Below are positions 63,073-64,000 of a stretch of DNA of 64,000 nucleotides, one piece after another. The position numbers were made by a program, and so were the translations under genes. The DNA is from Podarcis tiliguerta (Eukaryota), in NCBI GenBank assembly GCA_965153285.1, contig OZ229123.1; one strand, 5' to 3'. Below the pieces are notes generated by a model, which was given only the letters and a program-made list of their open reading frames with translations, had not been told where the DNA came from and ran no database searches. Position 1 is the first letter of the stretch, and every line of letters starts with the position of its first letter.

Positions 63073-64000
63073 CCTGGAGCAGGAACCGGCAAGCCACTCC
63101 AGTATCCCTGCCAAGAAAACTCCATGGACAAAGACAACAGGCATATAAAAGATATGACGCTGGAAGATGAGCCCCTCAGGTCGGAAGGCGTCCAACATGC
63201 TACTGGGGAAGAGCGGAGGACAAGTACAAGTAGATCCAGAGCTGATGAAGCGGCTGGGCCAAAGCTGAAAGGACGCTCAGTTGCGGATATGCATGGAAGC
63301 GAAAGGAAAGTCCAATGCTGTAAAGAAAAATATTGCATAGGAACCTGGAATGTAAGAACCATGAACCTGGGTAAGTTGGATGTGGTCAAAAATGAGATGG
63401 CAAGAATAAACATTGACATCCTGGGCATCAGTGAACTAAAATGGACGGGAATGGGCGAATTCAGTTCGGATGACTATCATATCTACTACTGTGGGCAAGA
63501 AACCCGCAAAAGAAATGGAGTGGCCCTCATAGTCAACAAAAGAGTGGCGAAAGCTGTACTGGGATGCAATCTCAAAAATGATAGAATGATCTCAATACGA
63601 ATCCAAGGCAGACCTTTTAACATCACAGTAATCCAAGTTTATGCACCAACTACTGGTGCTGAAGAAACTGAAATTGACCAATTCTATGAAGACTTACAAC
63701 ACCTTATAGAAGTGACACCAAAGAAGGATGTTCTTCTCATTATAGGGGATTGGAATGCTAAAGTAGGGAATCAAGAGATAAAAGGAACAACTGGCAAATT
63801 TGGTCTTGGAATTCAAAACGAAGCAGGGCAAAGGCTAATAGAGTTCTGTCAAGAGAACAAGCTGGTCATCACAAACACTCTTTTCCAACAACACAAGAGA
63901 CGACTCTACACATGGACATCACCAGATGGGCAGCATCGAAATCAGATTGATTATATTCTCTGCAGCCAAAGATGGAGAAGCTCTATACAGTCAGCAAAAA
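62943..64000 (+). mobile_element. Bov-B (RTE clade) LINE, 5'-intact, runs off window
   Basis: Recognisable Bov-B 5'UTR (ggatcactgccttg..., ggcaagccactccagtat), followed by an open ORF with APE motifs. Confidence 0.95.
63124..63999 (+). CDS. Bov-B ORF N-terminus, APE-like endonuclease (partial, 292 codons, no stop)
   Basis: Manual translation: MDKDNRHIKDMTLEDEP...IGTWNVRTMN...ILGISELKW...QVYAPT...GDWNAKVG...NQIDYILCSQRW. Missing from the ORF track because it reaches the window edge. Confidence 0.92.
   Translation, partial: MDKDNRHIKDMTLEDEPLRSEGVQHATGEERRTSTSRSRADEAAGPKLKGRSVADMHGSERKVQCCKEKYCIGTWNVRTMNLGKLDVVKNEMARINIDILGISELKWTGMGEFSSDDYHIYYCGQETRKRNGVALIVNKRVAKAVLGCNLKNDRMISIRIQGRPFNITVIQVYAPTTGAEETEIDQFYEDLQHLIEVTPKKDVLLIIGDWNAKVGNQEIKGTTGKFGLGIQNEAGQRLIEFCQENKLVITNTLFQQHKRRLYTWTSPDGQHRNQIDYILCSQRWRSSIQSAK

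Noticed and set aside
62850-63428. 192-aa minus-strand ORF
   Set aside because: Antisense shadow of the Bov-B 5'UTR and ORF.

Overview
Vertebrate (squamate, probably lacertid lizard, judged from its Sauria-SINE and Bov-B content) nuclear DNA, not prokaryotic. It holds two convergent, tail-to-tail genes. On the + strand is the 3' half of USP42 (7 coding exons, 2374-13332, then a 3'UTR to about 14.76 kb). On the - strand is almost all of CYTH3/GRP1 (exons 2-13, 51711-21630; exon 1 lies beyond the window; 3'UTR to about 15.5 kb), including the 3-nt GAG microexon (31779-31781) that switches the PH domain from di- to tri-glycine. Introns are rich in squamate repeats: Sauria SINEs, another tRNA-derived SINE, CR1/L2 fragments, Tigger-like, Tc2-like and hAT MITEs, a Penelope-like element, an RTE-derived bipartite element and a 5'-intact Bov-B LINE. 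Highlights: (1) a complete HDV-like nested double-pseudoknot fold at the 5' end of the Bov-B; (2) a minimal hammerhead ribozyme in the Penelope-like pLTR; (3) a CpG-rich array of about 11.5 x 118-bp double-hairpin monomers inside a Tc2-like MITE, with an array-less short relative elsewhere in the same gene; (4) the microexon. Most ORFs in the supplied track are spurious. All comparisons to known proteins and repeat families are from memory, not database searches.
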